A stretch of 46,897 nt of DNA. Origin: an uncultured Candidatus Saccharibacteria bacterium. Its GTDB lineage: Bacteria; Patescibacteriota; Minisyncoccia; UBA6257; WO2-44-18. The stretch is from NCBI GenBank assembly GCA_964360605.1, contig CAYHXN010000003.1, positions 1 through 46,897 on the forward strand, written 5' to 3'. The notes under the pieces were generated by a model. It did no database searches. It was not told where the DNA came from and worked only from the letters and a program-made list of their open reading frames with translations. The position numbers and the translations under genes were made by a program. Below are positions 24,861 to 34,186 of the stretch, in pieces (the first letter of the stretch is position 1; each line of letters begins with the position of its first letter).

Positions 24861-24961
24861 TACTTCATGATTCCAGAGCTAAGTCCTTCGACAACTAAAT
24901 AAGCGCCTAGCTATCGTCTGAGCTAGGCTAGCCCAAGAAGGACGTTTTAAAAGGAGTTCTT

Positions 24962-25732
24962 ATGAGAACGGAAAATGACGACTCTCTAGTTGATGACGCA
25001 ATTGAAACGGAACCGTATGATTTGAAACATGAAGTATTTGAACTAATGAACGGATCTCTAATTAACGCTAACGATTATTTTGAAAAATTACGTCGAGGTT
25101 ATGGATCGGCACAACAACTTAAGAGCCAAATCATTGATCATTCTAAAAAAGGCATTAAGGCTTTAGGTGAAGACAATGATATTGCGGAAGCGGAGTCTCG
25201 TTACATACTTGCAAGACAAAGTTTTGAGGAGCTGGAACAGACATTTATTCCTTCAGACCTGCTTTGGCAGTTGATGAATGACTCGGGTCAAGAATTGGTA
25301 GAACTACTGGTTGTATTGAAGTTCTATCCGGTCTTGATGGATACGAGAAGGGTTAAGAGTGTCCAAATGCCTACGCTTGAGGAATTGTCGACATCAGGAA
25401 TTACGCCCCAAATGATACTGGCGGGAAATGCTGATGCTATCAGCGAATTGGGAAAAATGATTACCGATATAGCCTACAGAGAATGTTTTTCTACAAAAGA
25501 AGATGTGATTGCTCTTTGGGAACACTGGATTGAAATTGCGGTTGGCCTTCGAAAAATGCTGGGCCAGTTCGCCACAGTTTACAAAATAGCAATTGACGCC
25601 TCCCGAAGAGTAAGTTTTCGCAATGGTAAAAGGGAGTCCGAGGGCTTTCACAGCAAACTGAAGTGGATCGACAAGTTGATTGCAATGAATAAACGGAATG
25701 TTGTGGAGATGAGAACGGGGCTTCACATCTAA
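24962..25732 (+). CDS. hypothetical 256-aa, probably helical, protein
   Basis: AAAGGAG SD and a terminator downstream. No family confidently recognised. Confidence 0.55.
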   Translation: MRTENDDSLVDDAIETEPYDLKHEVFELMNGSLINANDYFEKLRRGYGSAQQLKSQIIDHSKKGIKALGEDNDIAEAESRYILARQSFEELEQTFIPSDLLWQLMNDSGQELVELLVVLKFYPVLMDTRRVKSVQMPTLEELSTSGITPQMILAGNADAISELGKMITDIAYRECFSTKEDVIALWEHWIEIAVGLRKMLGQFATVYKIAIDASRRVSFRNGKRESEGFHSKLKWIDKLIAMNKRNVVEMRTGLHI

Positions 25733-25743
25733 GCGAAGTTAAT

Positions 25744-25772
25744 CCCCGGTGCAATGCATCGGGGCTTTTTTA
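25744..25772 (+). terminator. hairpin terminator
   Basis: CCCCG-N11-CGGGG, then CTTTTTTAT. Confidence 0.6.
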
Positions 25773-25789
25773 TTCCCATATTTATAGAA

Positions 25790-26842
25790 CTATTTCGCAA
25801 AAGGATTCCTTGCCCCGCGCACTTCAAAGTGCAAATGGCATCCGGTCGGCCCGTGAGTCAAACCGGTGTTGCCAATAAAAGCAATAAGGTCTCCTTGCGC
25901 TACATAGTCACCCACAGCAACTGCGTTCTTTTGGGTGTGGGCGTAACGAGTGATAACGCCATTAGGGTGTTCAATATCAACATGATGACCGTAGCCGTCA
26001 TTCCATCCGTAGGATTTTTCCACCGCCACCAAACCTTCGGCAGCCGCGTAAATCGGCGTACCGCAGGCATTGGCAATATCCACGCCGTTAACTGGATGAA
26101 TACGACCCCAGTTCCAGCCGGTAGTAGGCAAGAGAAAATAGCCCGGTAAGTTCGGCAGATTGGCCGCGGCTAAAGCGGTGGAAATTTTAGCAGGTTTGGC
26201 TCCGGGGATAATCAAAGTATCGGAAAAATTTCTGTTATATTTTAAAATCGTCGCCATCTCCACTCCGTAAAGAGCGGCGACGGACTCAACGGTTTCGCCT
26301 TCTTGAACTTGGTGCAAAACTCCGGATACAGGCAAAATTATGATTTCTTGGCCGGGTCGGATAGAATTAGGTTTCAGGTTGTTGGCCCACAAGATAGTAT
26401 TTAAAGAAATATCAAAATTGGCGGCAATCTTAGAAAGAGTATCGCCGGATTGAACTTTGTAAGTCAACAAACCGTTCCGATTGGAAACAATGGATCCGAG
26501 GGGGCTGTTAGAATTTTCTAAGGCGGAACTTTCAATCAAAATAAAACCGGCTAAATCTTCGTCTGTGTTGGCGATAGAAATATCCAACTCTTGAAATTGG
26601 TCAATGTTTAAGAGAGGAGATTCTTCAGCAAACGCCTCTTGCGCTAACAAGAAAGCTGAACCGCCGATAGACAAGCCCCGCTGTTGCGGTCCGCCAAAAC
26701 CAGATGGCACTTCGTCTGACACCATTAAAAACCGCAGATTCAATAAAGACGCCCCTAGAACAAAAACAACCGGTATAACGGTTGTGATGCTTACAAATCG
26801 GCGAATATTTGCTATTTTTTCTTTAATAAGACTTATTTTCAC
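25790..26842 (-). CDS. LysM-domain M23 family peptidoglycan endopeptidase
   Basis: Two LysM repeats (YKVQSGDTLSKIAANF, HQVQEGETVESVAALY). M23 motifs HHVDIEH and GNTGLTHGPTGCHLHFEV. N-terminal TM helix. GTG start. Confidence 0.88.
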   Translation of the reverse strand: MKISLIKEKIANIRRFVSITTVIPVVFVLGASLLNLRFLMVSDEVPSGFGGPQQRGLSIGGSAFLLAQEAFAEESPLLNIDQFQELDISIANTDEDLAGFILIESSALENSNSPLGSIVSNRNGLLTYKVQSGDTLSKIAANFDISLNTILWANNLKPNSIRPGQEIIILPVSGVLHQVQEGETVESVAALYGVEMATILKYNRNFSDTLIIPGAKPAKISTALAAANLPNLPGYFLLPTTGWNWGRIHPVNGVDIANACGTPIYAAAEGLVAVEKSYGWNDGYGHHVDIEHPNGVITRYAHTQKNAVAVGDYVAQGDLIAFIGNTGLTHGPTGCHLHFEVRGARNPFAK

Positions 26843-26866
26843 GCAATTCTATTATATCACATTTTT

Positions 26867-28792
26867 ATGACAAAACCAAGCAATCTAAATGAACGCCAAC
26901 AAGAGGCGGTAAACCACAAAAACGGCCCGCTTTTGATTGCCGCCGGAGCCGGATCCGGGAAAACAAAAACTCTGACCAGTCGGCTCGCCGCCTTAATAGC
27001 GGACGGGATAAAACCGGAAAATATAATCGCCATTACATTTACCAATAAGGCGGCGGAGGAAATGCGTAATCGGACTAGTAGAATATTTAATGCGCCAAGC
27101 GACAAGGACAAAAACATTCAACATGTCACATTGAACAATGCGCTATTTGTCGGCACCTTCCACTCTCTCGGCGCTCGGATCTTGAAAAAAGAAGCGAAGC
27201 TCGTCGGCCGCAATTCTAACTTCACGATTTTTGACGAAGACGACGCCTTAAGTTTATTAAAAAAGGTTTTGAAAAATCTGAACTTAAGTAAAGACCAGCA
27301 AAATCCGCTAGCCGCGCGAGCAAGAATTTCCGATGTGAAAAACGAACTTATCAAACCGGAAGAATACCTGAATCCGCGGGAATTAAAAATTTTTGAGGAA
27401 TATGAGCAGGCGCTTTTGAGAAATAATGCTTTTGATTTTGACGACTTAATTGAAAAAGTAGTGGCAATTTTTTCCAAAAATCCGACGGTTTTAGAAAAAT
27501 ATCAAAATCAATTTCAATATATTTTAGTTGACGAGTATCAAGACGTTAATCCATCGCAATATCAACTTGTCAGATTATTAGCCCAAAAAAACCGAAATAT
27601 CAGCGTTGTCGGCGATGATGCGCAGTCTATTTATGCCTTCCGCGGGTCGGACTTCCGAAATTTTTTGAATTTTGAAAAGGATTGGCCGAATGCCAAAGTA
27701 GTTCTGTTGGAACAAAATTACCGCTCTACCTCCAACATTATTACTGCCGCTTCAGCCCTTATTAAGAACAATAAATCCCAAAAACCCAAAGAGTTGTGGA
27801 CGGAAAATACCAGCGGAGATTTAATTAAAGTCGCCGCTTGTGAAGACGCGGAAACAGAAGCGGATTTTATTGCTGAACAGATTGCTTCGTCGCTCCACCA
27901 AGGCAAAGCTCCTCGCAATAACAAAGAATCCGTCATTGCGAGCGCTAGCGAAGCAATCTCTAACACAGCGATTCTCTATCGCACCAATGCCCAGTCCCGC
28001 GCGATTGAACAAGCATTGATTGTGGCCGATATTCCTTACAAAATCTTTGGCGGCTTAAAATTCTATGAAAGAAAAGAGGTTAAAGACGTAGTGGCGGCTT
28101 TACGAATCGCCAATAATCCCAAAGACGAAATCAGCGCCGAACGCTTGATTAAAAATTTCCGCAAAGCCGAAACCGAAAGACTACTTGGAGAATTGCCACG
28201 GCTTGGTAAAACTCTAAAAATTTTGGAATTGATAAACTTTTTCCTCACGGAAACTAGGTATTTTGATTTTCTGGAAAAGAATTTCCCCAACTCCAAAGAA
28301 CGGATAGAAAACATTAATGAGTTAATTGTTTTTGCCTCCGGATTTGAAAATTTAAGCGAATTTTTAGAGCGGGTTTCGCTTTTACAATCAGCCGATCGAC
28401 CTGCTAAAAACACTGTCATTGCGAGCGCTAGCGAAGCAATCTCTAGGGGATCGCCACGCTCTGCTCGCGATGACGGCTTCGCCGTAAACTTAATGACCAT
28501 TCACCTCGCCAAAGGACTGGAATTTGATAATGTCTTCGTCGCCGGTTGCAATGAAGGAATTTTGCCCCACCAAATGTCTTACGGCTCAATGAACGACACC
28601 GAAGAAGAACGCCGTCTGATGTATGTTGCCATGACCCGTGCCCGAAAAAATCTGTATTTAAGTTTTTATAATCTTCCTTCCCGTTTCTTAGGCGAAATTC
28701 CTCCGGAACTAACCGAAGTAAAACAACTAGGAAGACCGAAATATCAAGAACACGAGGAAGATATCTATACCGAAAACGAGGATTATGCCTAG
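26867..28792 (+). CDS. UvrD/PcrA-family superfamily 1 DNA helicase
   Basis: Walker A AGAGSGKTKTLTSR, DEYQD, and further helicase motifs (VVGDDAQSIYAFRG, YRS, TIHLAKGLEFD, YVAMTRA). Confidence 0.9.
   Translation: MTKPSNLNERQQEAVNHKNGPLLIAAGAGSGKTKTLTSRLAALIADGIKPENIIAITFTNKAAEEMRNRTSRIFNAPSDKDKNIQHVTLNNALFVGTFHSLGARILKKEAKLVGRNSNFTIFDEDDALSLLKKVLKNLNLSKDQQNPLAARARISDVKNELIKPEEYLNPRELKIFEEYEQALLRNNAFDFDDLIEKVVAIFSKNPTVLEKYQNQFQYILVDEYQDVNPSQYQLVRLLAQKNRNISVVGDDAQSIYAFRGSDFRNFLNFEKDWPNAKVVLLEQNYRSTSNIITAASALIKNNKSQKPKELWTENTSGDLIKVAACEDAETEADFIAEQIASSLHQGKAPRNNKESVIASASEAISNTAILYRTNAQSRAIEQALIVADIPYKIFGGLKFYERKEVKDVVAALRIANNPKDEISAERLIKNFRKAETERLLGELPRLGKTLKILELINFFLTETRYFDFLEKNFPNSKERIENINELIVFASGFENLSEFLERVSLLQSADRPAKNTVIASASEAISRGSPRSARDDGFAVNLMTIHLAKGLEFDNVFVAGCNEGILPHQMSYGSMNDTEEERRLMYVAMTRARKNLYLSFYNLPSRFLGEIPPELTEVKQLGRPKYQEHEEDIYTENEDYA
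27879..27961. repeat. in-frame palindromic insertion in the helicase gene
   Basis: AGATTGCTTCG (27879-27889) pairs with CGAAGCAATCT (27949-27959). Contains the 30-mer GTCATTGCGAGCGCTAGCGAAGCAATCTCT (27932-27961). Confidence 0.8.
28415..28483. repeat. second in-frame copy of the same repeat in the helicase gene
   Basis: An identical 30-mer at 28415-28444. Partner arm CTCGCGATGAC at 28464-28474. Confidence 0.8.
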
Positions 28793-29585
28793 AAAATTAG
28801 GACAACATTTTTTAGTTAATCGTTCAGCGATTCAAAAAATCATCGCGTCTTTGGAATTAAAAAATGGGGAAGTGGTTATTGAGATCGGGCCCGGGAAAGG
28901 CGCGCTAACTTTTCCATTGGTAAAACAATGCCAAGTGTCAGGTATTAAGTGTCAGGTTATTGGGATAGAAAAAGATTCTTCTCTTATTGAAGATTTGAAA
29001 TTAAAGATTGAAAATTCTAATCACGAATTAATTCACGGCGACGCATTAAAAATGCTGCCAAAAATAATCTTTAATCTTAAATCTTCAATTTTAAATTATA
29101 AAATTGTGGGAAACATTCCTTATTACATTACCGGAAAGTTATTGCGGGTAATCAGTGAATTGGAAAACAAGCCAACGTTGACCGTTCTGACGATTCAACG
29201 GGAAGTTGCCGAAAGAATTATTGCCAAGCCACTAAAAATGAATTTATTGGCCGCGGCAGTGCAATTTTGGGCTGAACCAAAAATTATCGGGTATCTTAAG
29301 CCTTCGGATTTTTCTCCAGCTCCAGAGGTAAAATCGGCAATTATCCAGCTAGATTCTAGGGTACAGTCAATAACCAATAAGGAAACAGAGCGGTACTATA
29401 AATTCATAAAGATCGCCTTTAAACAACCGAGGAAAACCCTCCTCAATAATTTAAGCAGTGGATTAAGTGTGGATAAGTCAAAAATAGCCGAAATTCTCGC
29501 ACAAAACGCCTTAAAATCCGATGTCCGGCCACAAGATTTAAGTATTGAAAAGTTATCCACTTTATCACGCCTGCTGATCCTTTAA
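28785..29585 (+). CDS. rsmA: 16S rRNA (adenine1518/1519-N6)-dimethyltransferase
   Basis: LGQHFLVN and EIGPGKGALT SAM motifs, and NIPYYIT. 8-nt overlap with the helicase gene. Confidence 0.9.
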   Translation: MPRKLGQHFLVNRSAIQKIIASLELKNGEVVIEIGPGKGALTFPLVKQCQVSGIKCQVIGIEKDSSLIEDLKLKIENSNHELIHGDALKMLPKIIFNLKSSILNYKIVGNIPYYITGKLLRVISELENKPTLTVLTIQREVAERIIAKPLKMNLLAAAVQFWAEPKIIGYLKPSDFSPAPEVKSAIIQLDSRVQSITNKETERYYKFIKIAFKQPRKTLLNNLSSGLSVDKSKIAEILAQNALKSDVRPQDLSIEKLSTLSRLLIL

Positions 29586-29589
29586 GGGT

Positions 29590-29598
29590 TGTTATAAT
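29590..29598 (+). promoter_or_regulatory. extended -10 element TGTTATAAT, 8 nt upstream of an ATG (leaderless candidate)
   Basis: TGt-TATAAT at 29590-29598. No SD before the ATG at 29607. No good -35 seen. Confidence 0.4.
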
Positions 29599-29606
29599 AC
29601 TAATGT

Positions 29607-30047
29607 ATGCGCACGGTAATTTTTGCCGCGATTTTTACCTTAGTAATTTCTTTTATTATGGGCACCGCTTCCGTGTCCGCTCTTTCAACACAAAATAATT
29701 ACCCGAACTATTTTAAAAATTCCGATATCAAAGCTAATCCTACGAAATATCTTCGGGAAGCAGTTAAAACCCAGTATTCTATCCCGGAAGCACGGCAACT
29801 TTTAAGATATCTCGCTACTTATCGCGGTTACGAAACGATTTTACGCCAATCTACTATTCACAATCCGCTGGTTTTCCGGCAAGGCGGGATTCCAACCCCA
29901 ACGCTCGTGCCAACCGCGACACCAATACCCGGACCGCCATTTGATATCCAAACTCCGACAGGAGTCATTCCAGGTTGTCTTAATCTTTTGTGTCCGCCAC
30001 CGCAAGGCGCTCTTTGGGTGCTAGGAATTTGTTGGTGCACACCGTAG
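29607..30047 (+). CDS. small secreted protein with a Pro-rich linker and a Cys/Trp-rich C-terminus
   Basis: Signal-like N-terminus. C-terminus GCLNLLCPPPQGALWVLGICWCTP. Confidence 0.5.
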   Translation: MRTVIFAAIFTLVISFIMGTASVSALSTQNNYPNYFKNSDIKANPTKYLREAVKTQYSIPEARQLLRYLATYRGYETILRQSTIHNPLVFRQGGIPTPTLVPTATPIPGPPFDIQTPTGVIPGCLNLLCPPPQGALWVLGICWCTP

Positions 30048-30091
30048 ATAAAATCCAAATTCCAAAATCTAAATGTCAAAGATTAAAGATA

Positions 30092-30805
30092 ATGTCTAAA
30101 GTAATCTCAATTTGTTTGGCCGTGGGGTCGCTGGTGGTGGCCGGTCTTATTATTTTTGATAATCCAATCTCGGTTACCCAAAAATCCCTATCTTTTGAGA
30201 TTCAAAATTCGGAAACCATTAATTCAATTTCCCAACTCCTAATTACTGAATCTAATTCTACCGAAGAAATCGCGAAAAAATTAACCGAGGACATTATCGC
30301 CAAAAATCCCAACGGTCCGGAAACAGGAAATGACGGAGGACTTTTGTCTTTATCCAATCCCGATAAAATTATTTCGGAAATGCTGGCAGATTCCTTATCT
30401 AAATTTGATTACGATTCCTTAAAACCGGATATTTCTGATAAAGAAATGATTATTTTGTCCGCGGATGACGAAAAATCCAGAACTTCTTATTTAGAATCGT
30501 TAAATGAGATTGTCTCGGATGAGCTTTCCTCTTTGCCAAAGCAACCGGAAGTTGACCAATTTGGAGCTATTGCCGCGGCTTATGACAGAGCAGTAAAAAA
30601 ACTTTATAACCTACCGGTACCAAAATCTTTTAGCTCTATTCATAAAGAGACGGTTCGCCTCTTTTTCGCGCAGGAAAAAATCTTCTCTTATATTGCCGAT
30701 TATCAAAACGATCCGTTAACGGCTTTATTATCGCTTCAGGCGACTGATTTAGTTTCTGAAGAACTGGCGGCGCTTAATGATAAATTTAATTCTTTGAATC
30801 AATGA
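30092..30805 (+). CDS. hypothetical membrane-anchored protein
   Basis: Start trimmed to the ATG at 30092 (MSKVISICLAVGSLVVAGLIIF). ATGA overlap with the next gene. Confidence 0.5.
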   Translation: MSKVISICLAVGSLVVAGLIIFDNPISVTQKSLSFEIQNSETINSISQLLITESNSTEEIAKKLTEDIIAKNPNGPETGNDGGLLSLSNPDKIISEMLADSLSKFDYDSLKPDISDKEMIILSADDEKSRTSYLESLNEIVSDELSSLPKQPEVDQFGAIAAAYDRAVKKLYNLPVPKSFSSIHKETVRLFFAQEKIFSYIADYQNDPLTALLSLQATDLVSEELAALNDKFNSLNQ

Positions 30806-32199
30806 GAAAATTTTTTGGTAAAATTTTAATCATTGCTTTTTGGGGAAGCATATTGGCAGGAACGATGCCTATTTCCACGAAAGCATCTATTCCCACGATT
30901 GAAACTAACGCTGCCGTAATCGCTTCGGAAGTAACTGTCGCGAATATTAAGTCTGTTAAAGAGCCGATAGAAAAAGTTTTGTTGAACATTCTAAAACGCA
31001 CTCTTTTGAATCAAATCGTAAACCAAATTACTTCTTACATTGAGGGTAACGGCGACCCGAAATTTATTACCGATTGGCGGGGATTTTTGAGTCAGGCCGC
31101 GGACAACGCGGCTGGAGAATTTATTAATTCCACCGCCTTGGGTTTTGTCTGCTCGCCTTTTAACCTTCAACTGCGGATAGCGCTTTCGCCTGTGAAAAAA
31201 TTTGACGACCAAGTAAGCTGTTCGCTTACTCAAATTGTCGGCAACGTGGAAGCGTTTTATAACGACTTTAGAACCGGAGGCTGGATCGGATATGCCGAAT
31301 CCTGGGCTCCTCAAAATAATTTTATAGGTGTTCTTTTAATGAGCTCTATTGAACTGGAAAAACAAAAAGCGGCGGCGGTATCCGCGGCTCAGTCTGAAGG
31401 CATTGCCGGCGGCGGATTTCTTTCAATTAAAAAATGCGATGAAAACGGCAAAAACTGCCAGACCACGACTCCGGGAAGAGTAGTTGGAGACTTAGTTGGA
31501 GAAGCAGTGGGCTCGGACATCGCGATGATTGTAAATGCCACCGAACTTAGCGACTATGTCGGCGCCATCGCGGACGCTTTTGTTAATCGTTTGGTGCGCG
31601 AGGGAGTCAACGGGCTCCGGGGAGTCTCTTCAAAACCGGGGGGAGGTGTTCAGCCAATCGGCGCCGTTACCCAAAATTGCGGCGGACTTTCTGGAACAGC
31701 AAGGCAAAATTGCCTAAATTTCATTCAGGCAAATCAAAATTCTTTTAATACCGCGAGGGCCAATCTTTTAGACCAAGTTAATCAAACTCTGGTTCCCCGC
31801 CAAACAATTGCAACCCTTATTAACGATATTATTGCCCTTGAAAATAAACTTATCAATAAACTTCAGGAGCTTTATTCCTGTAGGCCGCGGGAATCCACAA
31901 ATGAAGAAATAATTAAAGAACAAGCGATTGTAAATACCCTGAAGGCTGCTCAAAATGAAAATCAGCTGATTATCGAAGAGGCGCAATTCGCTATCAGCGA
32001 TATGAGGGCGGTTCCCACCGGCGACTGGGCATCTCTTTCCCAGACAGAAACAAAATATGGCGATAAATTTAATCCTACTGCCGCTAGCGACCTTCTTGCC
32101 GATATACAAGAAGAATATGACGCGACCAAAGTGTTAGTAGATTCAAGGGTTAGCGAGTTAAATACCGAAATAGCAATATGCAGAGGAATACCATTTTAA
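30802..32199 (+). CDS. hypothetical secreted 465-aa protein
   Basis: Signal-like N-terminus. Translationally coupled to both neighbours. Confidence 0.55.
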   Translation: MRKFFGKILIIAFWGSILAGTMPISTKASIPTIETNAAVIASEVTVANIKSVKEPIEKVLLNILKRTLLNQIVNQITSYIEGNGDPKFITDWRGFLSQAADNAAGEFINSTALGFVCSPFNLQLRIALSPVKKFDDQVSCSLTQIVGNVEAFYNDFRTGGWIGYAESWAPQNNFIGVLLMSSIELEKQKAAAVSAAQSEGIAGGGFLSIKKCDENGKNCQTTTPGRVVGDLVGEAVGSDIAMIVNATELSDYVGAIADAFVNRLVREGVNGLRGVSSKPGGGVQPIGAVTQNCGGLSGTARQNCLNFIQANQNSFNTARANLLDQVNQTLVPRQTIATLINDIIALENKLINKLQELYSCRPRESTNEEIIKEQAIVNTLKAAQNENQLIIEEAQFAISDMRAVPTGDWASLSQTETKYGDKFNPTAASDLLADIQEEYDATKVLVDSRVSELNTEIAICRGIPF

Positions 32200-34181
32200 A
32201 AAAAATAGGGTTGGTTGCTCTACTGTTCGTCTTATTGCCGACAGCTTCTTTCGCGTTAGATGTCCAAGCAAAGGCAGAGAGCTCTTGGTGGAATCCAGCC
32301 GCTTGGGTTGAGGGCTTTTTTACTTGGACATCCAACGCCATTGTCTATGTTGTTAATTATATTGCCGCGGCTTTAATCGGTTATGCCGCCGTGGCGATTA
32401 AAATGCTTTTGGACCTTAGTCGGCAGCTCACTAATCTGGATTTTGTAAAGGAAGGATTTAAAGTTGTCTTAAGTTTAACTAACTTAGGGTTTGTTCTCGC
32501 CATTATTGTCATTGCTATTGCCACTATCTTGAGAATTGAAAATTACGCCATCAAAAAAACCTTGTGGAAGTTGATTGTGGCGGCGCTGTTGGTAAATTTT
32601 AGCTTTGTTCTAGTCACTCCGATTATTAGTTTTTCCAATACCTTGGGATTTTTCTTCATTAAAGCAACTGTTCCGGATGGCCCAGGCACTGCCAGTTTTG
32701 AAAATTATACCTCTAACTTGGCCAATGCCCTAAACATCCAAAAACTTAGCCTGAATACACCGGCTGAAAATAGCCTTAGTGGGGCGGTACTAGCATTCAG
32801 CAAGGGGTATCTCCAAACCATAGCCACTAGCGCCTTAGTGCTTATTTTTAACGTCGGCCTTGTTCTTTCTTTCTGGGGATTAGCTTTCATGCTTTTAATC
32901 CGAAATATTTATTTAATGATTCTTTTGGTCTTGATGCCGCTCGCCTGGTTGATGTGGATTTTCCCGGCTTATGAAAAACACTGGAAAGAGTGGTGGGAAA
33001 CATTTTTCAAATGGAATTTATTTTTTCCGGCCGTAGCTTTCTTCCTTTATCTTTCAATACTCACTTCCCAGTCATTGGGGGAAGTAATCAAGGGGACCAG
33101 CGAGAATGCTTCCACGGCGATAAAACAATTAAGTTTCTTGGACGAATTGGGTATTGTTGCCGGCCTCCAGGTTCTTGTCCAGATTTTTATATTAGGTTTT
33201 GGAATTGGCGTGGCTCATAAAATGGGAATTGATGGTTCGGAGGGAATAATGAAAATGACCGGCGCGGCCAGAGGTTGGATTACGGGAATGGCTGGAAAAT
33301 TGGCGCGAGCGCCTTTGAAGGGCGCCGCAATGGGTGCGGCGGCCGCTGGAAAAGAATACGGGACTAGACCCGCAAAATTTGGGGCGCGATTATTGTCCAG
33401 TGCGTTATCTTCTCCATTACTACGCCGGATTCCTGGCGCTACAGGAGCGGCTAATGCCCTAGCGGGCATCGGCCAACGCCAAGGAGAAGTTGAAGAATAC
33501 CAGAAGAAAAATTTTGCAAATCTTTCTAAAGAGCAATTTGAGAGCTATATGAAATCCCCGCCACTTGGGCCAATAGCTCAAGCCGCTGTTTTGGCTGAAG
33601 CTGCTAAACGAGGAATGATCGGCAAATTTACACCGGAGCAGCTAGAAAAATTAGCTAACGCCGCTAAAGCGACAAATCCGGGAATGCCTCCGGAAGCGAT
33701 TCCAACCATTAAAGAAATTCTGGCCGTTGATCCAACTTTAGCGCCAAAACTAACTGTGGATTCCAAAACCGGAAAATCAATGAGTATTGTAGACGCGATG
33801 AAAAAGATGGCCGACGACAAGTTTGATCAAATAGAAAAAGATGCTTTGAAAAACAGGGATGTTCTCCTAAACATTAACCCTGGAAAGATGGCGGCTGGAA
33901 TCAGAAAAGGAAATCAATCACTCAGAGACACCTTAAAAACAGAGTTAGAAAAGATTCTTGTTGGCACTCAACTTGCTGCTGTTGGCGAAGCTATCGCGAA
34001 AACGATGAAAGAACTAAAGGATGCTAAACAAATCGGCGATAAAACAGAAACACAGCGGCTGCAATTGCAATTAAAAACTTTCAGAACAACTCTTCAGTCA
34101 GAACGTAACAAAGCCACCGCCGATCAAGGTTCGGCTTATGATAAATTGGCTTTATTTAATCAAATAATCGGAAATCCTTAA
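32178..34181 (+). CDS. polytopic membrane protein in the VirB6/TrbL position
   Basis: Signal peptide, then at least 6 TM helices and a long hydrophilic C-terminal tail. Assigned by architecture and context only. Confidence 0.5.
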   Translation: MQRNTILKKIGLVALLFVLLPTASFALDVQAKAESSWWNPAAWVEGFFTWTSNAIVYVVNYIAAALIGYAAVAIKMLLDLSRQLTNLDFVKEGFKVVLSLTNLGFVLAIIVIAIATILRIENYAIKKTLWKLIVAALLVNFSFVLVTPIISFSNTLGFFFIKATVPDGPGTASFENYTSNLANALNIQKLSLNTPAENSLSGAVLAFSKGYLQTIATSALVLIFNVGLVLSFWGLAFMLLIRNIYLMILLVLMPLAWLMWIFPAYEKHWKEWWETFFKWNLFFPAVAFFLYLSILTSQSLGEVIKGTSENASTAIKQLSFLDELGIVAGLQVLVQIFILGFGIGVAHKMGIDGSEGIMKMTGAARGWITGMAGKLARAPLKGAAMGAAAAGKEYGTRPAKFGARLLSSALSSPLLRRIPGATGAANALAGIGQRQGEVEEYQKKNFANLSKEQFESYMKSPPLGPIAQAAVLAEAAKRGMIGKFTPEQLEKLANAAKATNPGMPPEAIPTIKEILAVDPTLAPKLTVDSKTGKSMSIVDAMKKMADDKFDQIEKDALKNRDVLLNINPGKMAAGIRKGNQSLRDTLKTELEKILVGTQLAAVGEAIAKTMKELKDAKQIGDKTETQRLQLQLKTFRTTLQSERNKATADQGSAYDKLALFNQIIGNP

Positions 34182-34186
34182 ATTTT

